Assembly: GCA_964401315.1 (NCBI GenBank)
Contig: CAYNYB010000017.1
Location: 7,596-71,595, forward strand
Direction of reading: 5' to 3'
DNA: 64,000 nt
From: an uncultured Alistipes sp.
GTDB taxonomy: Bacteria; Bacillota; Clostridia; Oscillospirales; Ruminococcaceae
Positions 17,775 to 27,525 of the stretch are shown here, piece after piece. The position numbers and the translations under genes are program-made. Each line of letters begins with the position of its first letter. Within the stretch, counting starts at the first letter, position 1. The notes beneath the pieces were generated by a model. It saw nothing but the letters and a program-made list of their open reading frames with translations, did not search any database and had not been told where the DNA came from.

Positions 17775-18446
17775 TTAAAATGAAAAAGCTCCGCACTTCC
17801 TTAGTGAAATAGTATTTCTGCCAACGCAAACTATGGAATCTATAAGACGAATTCCGATACACGTGAATTTTTCAGCAAACAAACGTGTAATAGCAAAATC
17901 GCTTTTATCCGGCAAAAAACTGTCCGGAGCATGATTTATGCCAAGACTGATTTTATTGCAGTCGGATTTTAAAAGAATTTCAGCAATACGGCGCAATTCA
18001 TTTTCATCTGTAAGAGCTATTGATTTTGAAAAGCTTGTTTGACCGCGTATTTCGTAGTTTCCGGCAATATTCAGCAGCAGACAAAGATCAGATGTAGCGT
18101 CGTTAAAATAATCGAGAAAATATTCGGATAATTCGCTTTCAGATAATGTTATAGGGCTGAGCGTACTGCTTGAACACATATCAGAAACAAGTTTCAAGAA
18201 CATTGCAGACGATTTTCCCATGCCGTCTACAGCGGCGATTTCCTCCTCTGAAGCTGCAAATATTCCATTGAAGCTTTTGAATTTGTTTATAAGATTATGA
18301 GCGATCTCATTCGTATTTCTTCGCGGGATAACGTAATACAGCAGATATTCCAGCAGTTCGTGATTACAGAATGAATCCGCGCCTTGTTTCAGAAGGCGAT
18401 TTCTCATTCTTTCCCTATGACCATAGTGAAGGGAATCATTATCCAT
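17775..18446 (-). CDS. RadC-like protein (RadC N-terminus intact, JAB motif degenerate)
   Basis: HYGHRERMRNR...HELLEYLLYYVIPRRNTNEIAH and HhH VDGMGKSSA; C-terminal GINHAPDSFLPDKSD lacks the first His; SD GGGAGG. Confidence 0.75.
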   Translation of the reverse strand: MDNDSLHYGHRERMRNRLLKQGADSFCNHELLEYLLYYVIPRRNTNEIAHNLINKFKSFNGIFAASEEEIAAVDGMGKSSAMFLKLVSDMCSSSTLSPITLSESELSEYFLDYFNDATSDLCLLLNIAGNYEIRGQTSFSKSIALTDENELRRIAEILLKSDCNKISLGINHAPDSFLPDKSDFAITRLFAEKFTCIGIRLIDSIVCVGRNTISLRKCGAFSF

Positions 18447-18533
18447 ATTCAGCCTCCCAATAATATTTATTACTATTATTATATCACATATTTCTAAAAA
18501 TTTCAAGTCGCAATTCAAATTTTTTTGAGAAAA

Positions 18534-18775
18534 TATACTCGACTTTATTCTAAAACACGCCAAAGATTTCTATTTGGATAATTGGTAGATTTTAGAACTT
18601 GTGTTCATAGGATTTGTGCATGGATTTTCGAGCATAATTTTACCGAAAGCAAGGCGAAAAAACGAAATCATACTGCCGTATGGTGAACTTTTTCAACGCA
18701 GCTATCAGTAAAATTTGCCGAAAAGACACGTTCAATAGCCTATGAACACAAGTTCTTAGAATAGAGTCGAGTATA
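18534..18775. mobile_element. Family-C element (internally shortened) interrupted by MITE B1
   Basis: Left TATACTCGACTTTATTCTAAAA; removing B1 and one TTA restores right TTTTAGAATAGAGTCGAGTATA (21/22 inverted match). Confidence 0.75.
18595..18755. mobile_element. MITE-like element B1 (161 bp), TTA direct repeats
   Basis: TIRs GAACTTGTGTTCATAGG / CCTATGAACACAAGTTC; TTA at 18592-94 and 18756-58; close copy at 41550-41710 (inverted). Confidence 0.85.
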
Positions 18776-18807
18776 TAAACAAGGCTGCCTATCGGCAGCC
18801 CCGCAAT

Positions 18808-20226
18808 TCAAGAATTTATAAGTTCGCTAAAAGTTTCAATGTAAACGCCTGCCGAAACCGACCAACTGTTATCGCATTTCATAGCACGCTTAACAAGAGA
18901 CTGCCACTTCTGAGGATCGTCGTAATCTCTTTTCGCACGGCGAACAGCATCAAGCATATCGTCGGCATTAAAAGTTTTAAATGAATATCCATTACCGTTC
19001 ACGCCGCCGTTATCGCGCACTGTATCACGTAATCCGCCTGTTTCGCGAACTATAGGCGCAGTTCCATAACGCATAGCTATCATCTGAGCAAGACCGCAAG
19101 GTTCACTCTGACTCGGCATGAGGAACATATCCGAACCAGCATATATCCTGTGAGCAAGCTCGGGAACAAATCCCGTTATCACCGAAACTTTATCAGGGTA
19201 TCTCCGCGACATCTCGATAAAGAAATCCTCATAGATCTTTTCGCCGCTTCCAAGCACGGCAACCTTGATTCCGCTGTTTATAATTTCTTCGAATACACAG
19301 CGAATAAGATCAATACCTTTATGCTTGACAAACCGCGTAACTATACCCAAAAGCGGTTCTCCGCCGTCCGCAAAACCAAGTTCGCTCAAAAGTTCCGACT
19401 TGCATTTCGCCTTACCCGACATATCGCTTTCGGAAAAATGCCAGGCGATATACGGGTCTTTCTCGGGATCGTAGAGATCGGTGTCAATACCGTTGAGAAT
19501 TCCATTTAATTTATACTGTTTATCTGCAAGAATCCGATCGAGACCGCAGGCATACCACGGATCGAGAATTTCCAGAGCATACGAGGGCGAAACGGTTATT
19601 ATCCTGTCAGCCGTCTCAATCGCGCCTTTAAGCATATTTATATAGCCGTCATATTCGAGAATTCCCGAATTATAGGCAGGAATCCCCATCAGCTCATTAA
19701 GAACTTCCTTGCCGTATCTTCCCTGATATTCGATATTATGAATAGTCATTGCGATCTTCAGCTTATCGTAACCTTCAAGATATCTGTAATAAACATGGAA
19801 ATAAACGGGGATAAGCGCCGTCTGCCAATCATTGCAGCTTATAATATCCGGCTTGAAATCGATAAATTTCAGCATTTCGAGAACAGCCCTGCCAAAAAAT
19901 ACAAACCTCTCGCAGTCGTCGTAAAATCCATAAAGACCGTCTCTGTTATAATAATATTCATTATCTATAAAATAATATGTAACATTATTTTTTTCCGCCG
20001 TATAAATTCCGCAGTACTGCTTACGCCATGAAACATCGACCGTGAGATTCGCGATAAACTCCATTTCCTCACGCAGTTTCGGATCGATAGCCTTATAAAG
20101 CGGAATTACGACCGCGCAATTATGTCCCTTTTCGCTTATAGCTTTCGGCAAAGAACCCACTACGTCGGCAAGACCGCCGGAGGCTGCGTAAGGAACAGCC
20201 TCGCTGGCAGCAAAAAGTATATTCAT
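18808..20226 (-). CDS. glgA: Glycogen synthase
   Basis: SGGLADVVGSLP, NDWQT and PSQSEPCGLAQMIAMRYG motifs. Confidence 0.96.
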   Translation of the reverse strand: MNILFAASEAVPYAASGGLADVVGSLPKAISEKGHNCAVVIPLYKAIDPKLREEMEFIANLTVDVSWRKQYCGIYTAEKNNVTYYFIDNEYYYNRDGLYGFYDDCERFVFFGRAVLEMLKFIDFKPDIISCNDWQTALIPVYFHVYYRYLEGYDKLKIAMTIHNIEYQGRYGKEVLNELMGIPAYNSGILEYDGYINMLKGAIETADRIITVSPSYALEILDPWYACGLDRILADKQYKLNGILNGIDTDLYDPEKDPYIAWHFSESDMSGKAKCKSELLSELGFADGGEPLLGIVTRFVKHKGIDLIRCVFEEIINSGIKVAVLGSGEKIYEDFFIEMSRRYPDKVSVITGFVPELAHRIYAGSDMFLMPSQSEPCGLAQMIAMRYGTAPIVRETGGLRDTVRDNGGVNGNGYSFKTFNADDMLDAVRRAKRDYDDPQKWQSLVKRAMKCDNSWSVSAGVYIETFSELINS

Positions 20227-20241
20227 ATGTGCATCTATCCT

Positions 20242-21366
20242 CTATATTTTGCCGTTTTTGTTGATATAGAGCGGATAAGTCTCTGAACCCGTCAAAGATT
20301 TTTCATCGCTGATCTCAACATTTTTATCTGTGATAACGGAAGAGATGTTGCAGCCGCTTCCGATCTTCGTACCCTGCATGATAACGGAATCCTTTACAAC
20401 GGTATCCTTTCCGATCTTAACGCCGCGGAAAATAATCGAATTTTCAACAGTACCTTCGATAACGCAGCCATCAGCAATAAGCGAATTCTTTATATTTGAT
20501 TCCAGACCGTATTTCGCTGGACCGTTATCTCCGACTTTAGTATACACGGGCATATCTATCTTGAATAACGCGTTTCTCTTTTCGGCATCAAGAAGCATTT
20601 TATTAGCTGCAAAATAATTCTCAACGCTGTCTATGCGTACAAAGAAATCCTTATGCTCGTAGCCCATTATCTTATACTCGCTGTTTTTATTCTGAAGAAT
20701 TTCTCTTGTAAAGCTGTAGAGGTTTCTGCTTGCGGCATCGTCAACCACCTGACGTAGAAAATCCTTGCTGATTATCATCATTTCAAGCCACTGATTGCAT
20801 TCTCCCGAAATTTTCGGAGCAACAAGAACATCGCTTACGGTATTATCCTCGTTGAACTGAAGAACAGTAGTACCCGCATTCTTCTCGCTGTCATAATAAC
20901 CCTTGCTGTATATGAGAGTAATATCAGCCTCAGTCTCCATATGCTGACGGAGAACGGGGTTAAAATCAATAGTTGAAACAACATCGCAGTTTGAAAGTAT
21001 CACATACTGCGCCTTTGAATGCTCAACAAAACTCCAGACATTATTGAGGGCGTCCAGTCTGCCCTTGTAAATTCCGCCGGTCTGGCTGTACGGCGGAAGA
21101 AGATGAAGACCGCCCTTTTTACGGGCAAGATCCCAGTCTCTTCCCGAACCGAGATGATCCAGTAAAGAGCCATAATTCGACTTTGTAATAACGCCGACTT
21201 CGGAAACGCCGGAATTAACGAAATTGGATAGTGGGAAATCGATAAGTCTGTATCTGCCGCCGAAAGGAATAGAACCCATAGTTCTCTGCTTCGTAAGCTC
21301 GCTTACATAAGAATCATGCATACTTGCAAAAATCAGACCCAAAACATTATAATTAACACTGCTCAT
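20242..21366 (-). CDS. glgD: Glucose-1-phosphate adenylyltransferase, GlgD subunit
   Basis: IPFGGRYRLIDF with degenerate N-terminal GG motif; follows glgC. Confidence 0.93.
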   Translation of the reverse strand: MSSVNYNVLGLIFASMHDSYVSELTKQRTMGSIPFGGRYRLIDFPLSNFVNSGVSEVGVITKSNYGSLLDHLGSGRDWDLARKKGGLHLLPPYSQTGGIYKGRLDALNNVWSFVEHSKAQYVILSNCDVVSTIDFNPVLRQHMETEADITLIYSKGYYDSEKNAGTTVLQFNEDNTVSDVLVAPKISGECNQWLEMMIISKDFLRQVVDDAASRNLYSFTREILQNKNSEYKIMGYEHKDFFVRIDSVENYFAANKMLLDAEKRNALFKIDMPVYTKVGDNGPAKYGLESNIKNSLIADGCVIEGTVENSIIFRGVKIGKDTVVKDSVIMQGTKIGSGCNISSVITDKNVEISDEKSLTGSETYPLYINKNGKI

Positions 21367-21380
21367 TGTGATACCTCCGC

Positions 21381-22607
21381 TCAGATATTTTCGCCGATGA
21401 TCTGCTTTGGATCAACGGATTTGCATTCCGATACTGTTACGTTATGTCCCACTACCGCAATACCCCAATCGTCTCTGTTTTCAACCATTTCGGGGCTTTT
21501 TCCGATATGAGCGCCGCTTTCTATAACGCAGTCGCTGCCTACAATGGCGTATTCAACAACAGCGCCCGACTTGATAACCGTACCGGGCATAATTATACTG
21601 TAATTTACAGTCGCGCCCTCTTCAACAGTAACGCCTGCAAAAAGAACTGAGAAATCCACAGAACCGTCAACGGAACTTCCCTCGGCGATCATGGAATTTT
21701 CAACATGAGCATTCTCGCCCATATACTGCGGCGGCATATAGCTGCTTCTGGAGTATATCTTCCAGCTCTTGTCATAAAGATCGAGAGGCACACTGGGACT
21801 GAGGAGATCCATATTTGCTTCCCAAAGCGAATCGAGAGTACCGACGTCTTTCCAATAGCCCTCGAATTCATAAGCAAAAAGACGCTGCTTATCGCGGAGC
21901 ATGGAAGTGATGATATCTTTTCCGAAATCCTTCGACCAGCTTTCGCCGCGCTCGCGCTTTGCATTGGCATCATTTTCATTTTCAATAAGGTACTTTTCCA
22001 GCTTTTTCCAACTGAAAACATATATACCCATAGAAGCGAGCGTTGATTTAGGCTCCTTGGGCTTCTCGACGAAATCAACTACCTTGTTGTTTTCGTCGCA
22101 TATCATAATTCCAAAACGTGAAGCTTCGGCAAGAGGAACATCGATAACGGAAATTGTGCAGTCGGCATCGTTGGCGATATGGAAGTCGACCATTTTCGAG
22201 TAATCCATTTTATAGATGTGATCTCCGCCGAGTACAACAACGTAATCCGGATCGTAACGCTTGATGAAATTCATATTCTGGTAGATCGCGTTTGCAGTTC
22301 CCTCGTACCATGAAGCGCCTGCCTGAGATTCATAAGGCGGAAGAACGTGAACTCCGCCGTTCATTTTATCGAGATCCCACGGCTGACCGTTGCCGATGTA
22401 TTCGTTAAGGACGAGCGGCTGATACTGAGTAAGAACGCCTACGGTGTCGATACCTGAATTTGTGCAGTTTGAGAGAGGGAAATCAATAAGTCTGTATTTT
22501 CCGCCGTATGGAACAGCAGGTTTAGCCACGTTTTTTGTAAGAGCGTACAGTCTGCTTCCCTGACCGCCTGCAAGGAGCATCGCTACAACTTTTTTCTTGG
22601 TGTACAT
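21381..22607 (-). CDS. glgC: Glucose-1-phosphate adenylyltransferase, GlgC subunit
   Basis: [32 protein letters not shown] and YWKDVGT. Confidence 0.96.
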   Translation of the reverse strand: MYTKKKVVAMLLAGGQGSRLYALTKNVAKPAVPYGGKYRLIDFPLSNCTNSGIDTVGVLTQYQPLVLNEYIGNGQPWDLDKMNGGVHVLPPYESQAGASWYEGTANAIYQNMNFIKRYDPDYVVVLGGDHIYKMDYSKMVDFHIANDADCTISVIDVPLAEASRFGIMICDENNKVVDFVEKPKEPKSTLASMGIYVFSWKKLEKYLIENENDANAKRERGESWSKDFGKDIITSMLRDKQRLFAYEFEGYWKDVGTLDSLWEANMDLLSPSVPLDLYDKSWKIYSRSSYMPPQYMGENAHVENSMIAEGSSVDGSVDFSVLFAGVTVEEGATVNYSIIMPGTVIKSGAVVEYAIVGSDCVIESGAHIGKSPEMVENRDDWGIAVVGHNVTVSECKSVDPKQIIGENI

Positions 22608-22715
22608 AAATATTCCTCCTGATATTTATATTAATAGATATATGTTTGAATTAGGGGAACATGGCGTATCTTTGGAATTTCTCCAAAGATCGCACATTTT
22701 CCCAATAATTTATCA

Positions 22716-24710
22716 TTATTTCGTTTCATCGTCAGGACTTTTCTTACGTCTTGCCGATGATTTTTTTGCCTTAACAGGAGTTTCTTCGGACTCCTGCAGC
22801 TTTTTTACAGATTTTCTTTTTGGCGCAGCCTTGAGATACATTACAGATAGAGGCGCAAGCGTCATGGAAATGCTGTAGTCGAAGCCGTGCATCGATTCTT
22901 TTTCAGCCTTATACGATTTTGCAGACGCGCCGCTTCCGCCGAATTCAGCGGCATCAGTGTTCAAAACTACCTTGTAAGTCCCCTTATCAGGCACGCCTAT
23001 GCGGTAATTTTCGCGTTTTACGGGAACGAAATTGCATACTGCGATAATTTCATTTCCGTCGTCGTCGATACGTCTGAACGCGATAACGCTCTGTTTATAA
23101 TCGTCGTTAGAGATCCAGCTGAAACCGCTCCACGAGTCGTCATTCTGCCACAAAGGAGAATTTTCGACATAGAATTTATTAAGCTTTTCTGTAAATTTCA
23201 GCATATTTTTATGCGGTGCGGAGTCAAGAAGCCCCCAGTCGAGCTGAGATTTGTAATTCCACTCATTGCTCTGGGCGAATTCCTGACCCATAAAGAGGAG
23301 TTTTTTGCCCGGATGAGCCATCATATAAGCCATAAAAGCACGGTACGATGCGAATTTATCAACTTCATAGCCCGGCATTTTATTTATCATCGAACATTTT
23401 CCGTAAACGACCTCGTCATGGGAGATCGGCAGGATATAATTCTCGGAGAAAGCGTAGAAGAAAGAGAATGTGAGCTTATCGTGATTAAACGAACGGTAGA
23501 TCGGGTCAAGCGACATATAGCTGAGCATATCGTTCATCCAGCCCATATTCCACTTGAAATTAAATCCAAGTCCGCCGATGTCGGTAGGCTTTGTCACCAT
23601 AGGCCAAGCCGTTGATTCCTCCGCAACCATCAGAGCATCAGGGTGTTTGGAGAAAACAGCTTCGTTGAGCCTTTTCAGAAATTCCACAGCCTCAAGATTT
23701 TCGTTGCCGCCGTGAATATTCGCAGTCCATTCGCCGTCGCGCCTGTCATAATCAAGATAAAGCATAGAAGCTACCGCGTCGACTCTCAAACCGTCAACGT
23801 GCATTTCCGTAAACCAATAATTCGCGCTTGAAATAAGGAACGAGCAGACCTCAGCCTTGCCGTAATCGAAAACATGAGTACCCCATGCCTTATGTTCCTT
23901 TTTCCTGCTGTCTGTATATTCGTAGCAGCAAGTGCCGTCGAATTCGTATAAGCCTGCCGCATCTTTCGGGAAATGCGCAGGCACCCAGTCAAGGATAACG
24001 CCGATGCCCGCTTCGTGAAGCATATCGACCATTTTACGGAAATCGTCGGGAGTTCCATAACGGGAAGTAGGCGCAAAATAGCCCGTTACCTGATAACCCC
24101 ATGAGCCGTCGAAAGGAAATTCCGTAAGCGGCATAAATTCAACATGAGTATACGACATTTTCTTGAGATAAGGAATTATTTCTCTCGCAAAATTTATATA
24201 AGAAGTAAATACTTCCTCTTCACCCGAATTTTTCCAGGAATTAAGGTGAACCTCATACACGTTCATTGGACTCTTGTAAACATTTTTATTTTTCTTTAAT
24301 TCAAACCAGGCAGAGTCATTCCACTCATAGCTGCTCTCGTAAATTTTCGAAGCAGTACCGGGACGCGTTTCAAAATGAGGAGCGTAAGGATCAGATTTCA
24401 GCAATATTTTGCCCTCGCGCGTTTCAATACTGTACTTATAAATATCAAACTGCTCCAGCTTTGATATCTCGGCTTCCCAAATTCCGTCCGAAATGAGTTT
24501 CATTGGAGCTTTCGAACGATCCCATTTATTGAAATCGCCGACAACAGAAATGCTTACAGCATTAGGAGCCCATACTCTGAATGTGAAAACCTTGCCTCGT
24601 CCTTTTTTTCTGGAATGCGCACCAAAAAATTTCCATGCTTCATAATTTTTGCCCTGATAAAAAAGATAAAGCGGAAAATCATTCGGATTGTTATTTTTAT
24701 TTACTGACAT
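22716..24710 (-). CDS. glgB: 1,4-alpha-glucan branching enzyme (GH13)
   Basis: FRVWAPNA, YEVHL, SWGYQ, DWVPAHF, LRVDAVASM, AEEST and ISHDEVV. Confidence 0.96.
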   Translation of the reverse strand: MSVNKNNNPNDFPLYLFYQGKNYEAWKFFGAHSRKKGRGKVFTFRVWAPNAVSISVVGDFNKWDRSKAPMKLISDGIWEAEISKLEQFDIYKYSIETREGKILLKSDPYAPHFETRPGTASKIYESSYEWNDSAWFELKKNKNVYKSPMNVYEVHLNSWKNSGEEEVFTSYINFAREIIPYLKKMSYTHVEFMPLTEFPFDGSWGYQVTGYFAPTSRYGTPDDFRKMVDMLHEAGIGVILDWVPAHFPKDAAGLYEFDGTCCYEYTDSRKKEHKAWGTHVFDYGKAEVCSFLISSANYWFTEMHVDGLRVDAVASMLYLDYDRRDGEWTANIHGGNENLEAVEFLKRLNEAVFSKHPDALMVAEESTAWPMVTKPTDIGGLGFNFKWNMGWMNDMLSYMSLDPIYRSFNHDKLTFSFFYAFSENYILPISHDEVVYGKCSMINKMPGYEVDKFASYRAFMAYMMAHPGKKLLFMGQEFAQSNEWNYKSQLDWGLLDSAPHKNMLKFTEKLNKFYVENSPLWQNDDSWSGFSWISNDDYKQSVIAFRRIDDDGNEIIAVCNFVPVKRENYRIGVPDKGTYKVVLNTDAAEFGGSGASAKSYKAEKESMHGFDYSISMTLAPLSVMYLKAAPKRKSVKKLQESEETPVKAKKSSARRKKSPDDETK

Positions 24711-24971
24711 TAAAACAGCCCCCTTTGCCGTAATACCGCGCGGCTGCATAAAATCATGGCGCAGTATCACTTATAGCAGTATTACCTATAGTTATTTTAC
24801 CAGAATATGCAAAAATATTCAAGCTTTTTTGCAAAAATGCACAAAAATTCAGACAATACCATAAATATTAGTTGTAATTTTTGTGCATTTTACCATAATA
24901 CAAGCTATAACTTTACGATCTATTTGTACACACAAACATAATGAATCCGGTTTCGTTGCATAAATTAAAAA

Positions 24972-27149
24972 TCATTTCCGCTTGATTTTTATACCGATAA
25001 CAGTAACATCATCGGGGCGTACGGAAGAATTAAATACAGCAGCCTTTTCTGTTATAGAACGTACTATTTCTTTGATATCCCCGCCGCCGAGAAGAAGCTC
25101 CTTAATGAACAAATGCGCATTTTCGCCTATTCCGTCGGAAAACATGATTATCATGTCGTCCTGTTCAAGATCATATTGAGTTGTATATATTTCCGCCTGC
25201 CCTGTAATGCCTATAGGGAAAGTAGGCGCAGATATTTTAATAACGTCACCGCCTCTTTTGATTATGGTTGACGCAGCTCCCGATTTAATAGACATCATGA
25301 CACATTTGTCGAGATCAAGTCTTACGGAATCAAACGTCGCAAAGGATTCGTCGCGCGATTTCGTGACCATTACAGAATTTATAAGCCGAACCGCAGATGA
25401 AAAATCCATTCCGCCGCAGATAAGCTTCCGAAACATTCCGATCACCATATGAGAGTCCACAGCCGCATTTTTCCCCGTACCCATTCCGTCCGACAAAACG
25501 ATATATTCCACGCCCTCGCCGTCGGAAAATACAGCCGTACTGTCTCCGCTCACTTCGGCTGCGCGAGAGCCTGCGGAAAATATTTCCGTATAATAGGCAG
25601 GCTCTTCGTATAGACTTATGCGCATTTCTTTTGAGGAATTCACTTTGGGCGCGGAGATAAGGCTGATTTCAAGACAGTCGGACACAAGGTCGCATATTCT
25701 TTCCGTACTTTCGGGGATTTCGCTTATCTCAAAATATATCTCCGCAATAAGGCGATTTGCCGAATTATAGTAAGCTTCAACACGCAAGGGCTTAATTCCG
25801 TGATCTTGGAGATATCCAAGGACATCACGGCTTTTCGAAGCCGAAAACCGCATATCAGCTCTTTCAGCCGTACTCCTCACAAGTTCACCCATAATTTTTA
25901 ATTGTTCATTCAAAAGTTCGCGGTCGTCGGAAAATCTCAGCCGCATAAGCTGATCTGCTATCCTGCCGCGTATATTTTTGTCCAGTTCTTCTGCAATTTT
26001 CTGCCTGTTGGTGCAATCCTCGGGCAGTATGGGCATTATCTCTTCGGCGAATTCATAATCCAAACGGCATACGCTCCGTCTGTAGCAGTCTCCGCATATT
26101 TTCTTGACCTGCTCTTTATCCGATATATCTTTTTTATGTACAGCTGCAAGAGCAGACGCGATCCTGCCCGAATCAAGTCTTACAGCCTCGATAACGTCCG
26201 ACAAAAAATTCTTTTTGCTCGCGTTTATATCAGCAGAATCGCCGCTCGAAGTTTCCGCCGCAGATACCCATTTATCAGAATAATGCGGAGCTGCGGCAAC
26301 AAACAGCGAAACGCCGCATATAATACTTAAGGTCATCTGCATTTCCGCAGCCGCACCCGTAAGAACGCACAGCATAAAGCATGAAAGAGCGAAAAACAGA
26401 GCCGATGATACGATTCTCCTGCGATTCAGGAATCCTGAGAGAAATCCGGCAAGAGGGAGCATTGCAGCCGTTGTTCCGAGTTCGGCGGAAGCAAACAGCG
26501 CTCCTGCCGCGGACAGCGCGCCAACTACGATTCCGCCGAGACTCCGATAGAAAAATGCCGCTCCAAGCGTGAAAGCTGCTCCCGAAATTATCCCCAAATT
26601 CACCGCGTCCAGTCTGATCGAACACATTGAAGCCGTGAATACGATATATACTATTCCATATGCGCAGCCAGAAGCGCCGCTGAGATCAATCACTTTTCTG
26701 TCTTTCAGGCTTGCTGCAAGACGATTCAGCGATGATGAAGTAAATCCTCCGATAGCTCCGTAAAATGCGTAAAACAGGAGTTTTTCGGAAAATTCCCCTA
26801 TCAGTACCGAAACTGCCGCTCCCGATATAAAAATTGATACAGCCGTAATAATTCCGCATAACGCGGGCTTATTGCTGCGTTCCGTAAACATTTTTACCGC
26901 AGTTATCATCGTCATCGCCGCTAATTTTACGATATTTTTCCCGACGGAATCGGAAAGTATGCATCGCATGAGCGCTCCTATAAACGCCGCCGCCGAATAT
27001 GGGAGCGGAAACGCTCCGCATAGCGATATATCAGCGAAAGAAGCCACTCCGCCTATGCTCGATCCCGACAATGCAAATCCTCCTGCCGCCGATAATATCA
27101 ATCCGATCATAGGTTCAAATACTGCAAAACGTCCTGCTTTTTTCAACAT
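24972..27149 (-). CDS. spoIIE: SpoIIE-like membrane PP2C phosphatase
   Basis: Multi-TM N-terminus; C-terminal LSDGMGTG, FSDG and DDVT metal motifs; SD GAGGTGG. Confidence 0.8.
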   Translation of the reverse strand: MLKKAGRFAVFEPMIGLILSAAGGFALSGSSIGGVASFADISLCGAFPLPYSAAAFIGALMRCILSDSVGKNIVKLAAMTMITAVKMFTERSNKPALCGIITAVSIFISGAAVSVLIGEFSEKLLFYAFYGAIGGFTSSSLNRLAASLKDRKVIDLSGASGCAYGIVYIVFTASMCSIRLDAVNLGIISGAAFTLGAAFFYRSLGGIVVGALSAAGALFASAELGTTAAMLPLAGFLSGFLNRRRIVSSALFFALSCFMLCVLTGAAAEMQMTLSIICGVSLFVAAAPHYSDKWVSAAETSSGDSADINASKKNFLSDVIEAVRLDSGRIASALAAVHKKDISDKEQVKKICGDCYRRSVCRLDYEFAEEIMPILPEDCTNRQKIAEELDKNIRGRIADQLMRLRFSDDRELLNEQLKIMGELVRSTAERADMRFSASKSRDVLGYLQDHGIKPLRVEAYYNSANRLIAEIYFEISEIPESTERICDLVSDCLEISLISAPKVNSSKEMRISLYEEPAYYTEIFSAGSRAAEVSGDSTAVFSDGEGVEYIVLSDGMGTGKNAAVDSHMVIGMFRKLICGGMDFSSAVRLINSVMVTKSRDESFATFDSVRLDLDKCVMMSIKSGAASTIIKRGGDVIKISAPTFPIGITGQAEIYTTQYDLEQDDMIIMFSDGIGENAHLFIKELLLGGGDIKEIVRSITEKAAVFNSSVRPDDVTVIGIKIKRK

Positions 27150-27400
27150 ATCTACCACCTCGGAATAAATTATAGCACAGATACGGCGCATATTTTGTCG
27201 GAATAATAACATGATTTTTATATATAGCAATATAGTTATAATTTTCATTTCAATCGATGCAGAATCAAATCTCAGGCGCCTGTTTTGCGTTCGTTTGAAC
27301 TTATTTTGTGCGCAAACGTACTGTTTGTGAGTTCCTGCAAACATATTCTATTTTATCTGGTGTTATAGTGCAGAATCATATGTATGCAAATTTGCCCATA

Positions 27401-27429
27401 TTGACAAAAAAATATCAATGCGTTATAAT
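27401..27429 (+). promoter_or_regulatory. Consensus SigA promoter of the flotillin gene
   Basis: TTGACA-N17-TATAAT. Confidence 0.78.
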
Positions 27430-27525
27430 ACAATTACACTCAGCGGTGCAAATGAGCCGGCATATCACTGCTGATACATTCGAAGCCCAAAAGCAATATA
27501 ATACATATTTTTAGGAGGAATCATT

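Noticed and set aside
27452-27514. 20-aa uORF MSRHITADTFEAQKQYNTYF ending at the flotillin SD
   Set aside because: Only a weak SD 3 nt from the ATG; insufficient evidence without Ribo-seq.
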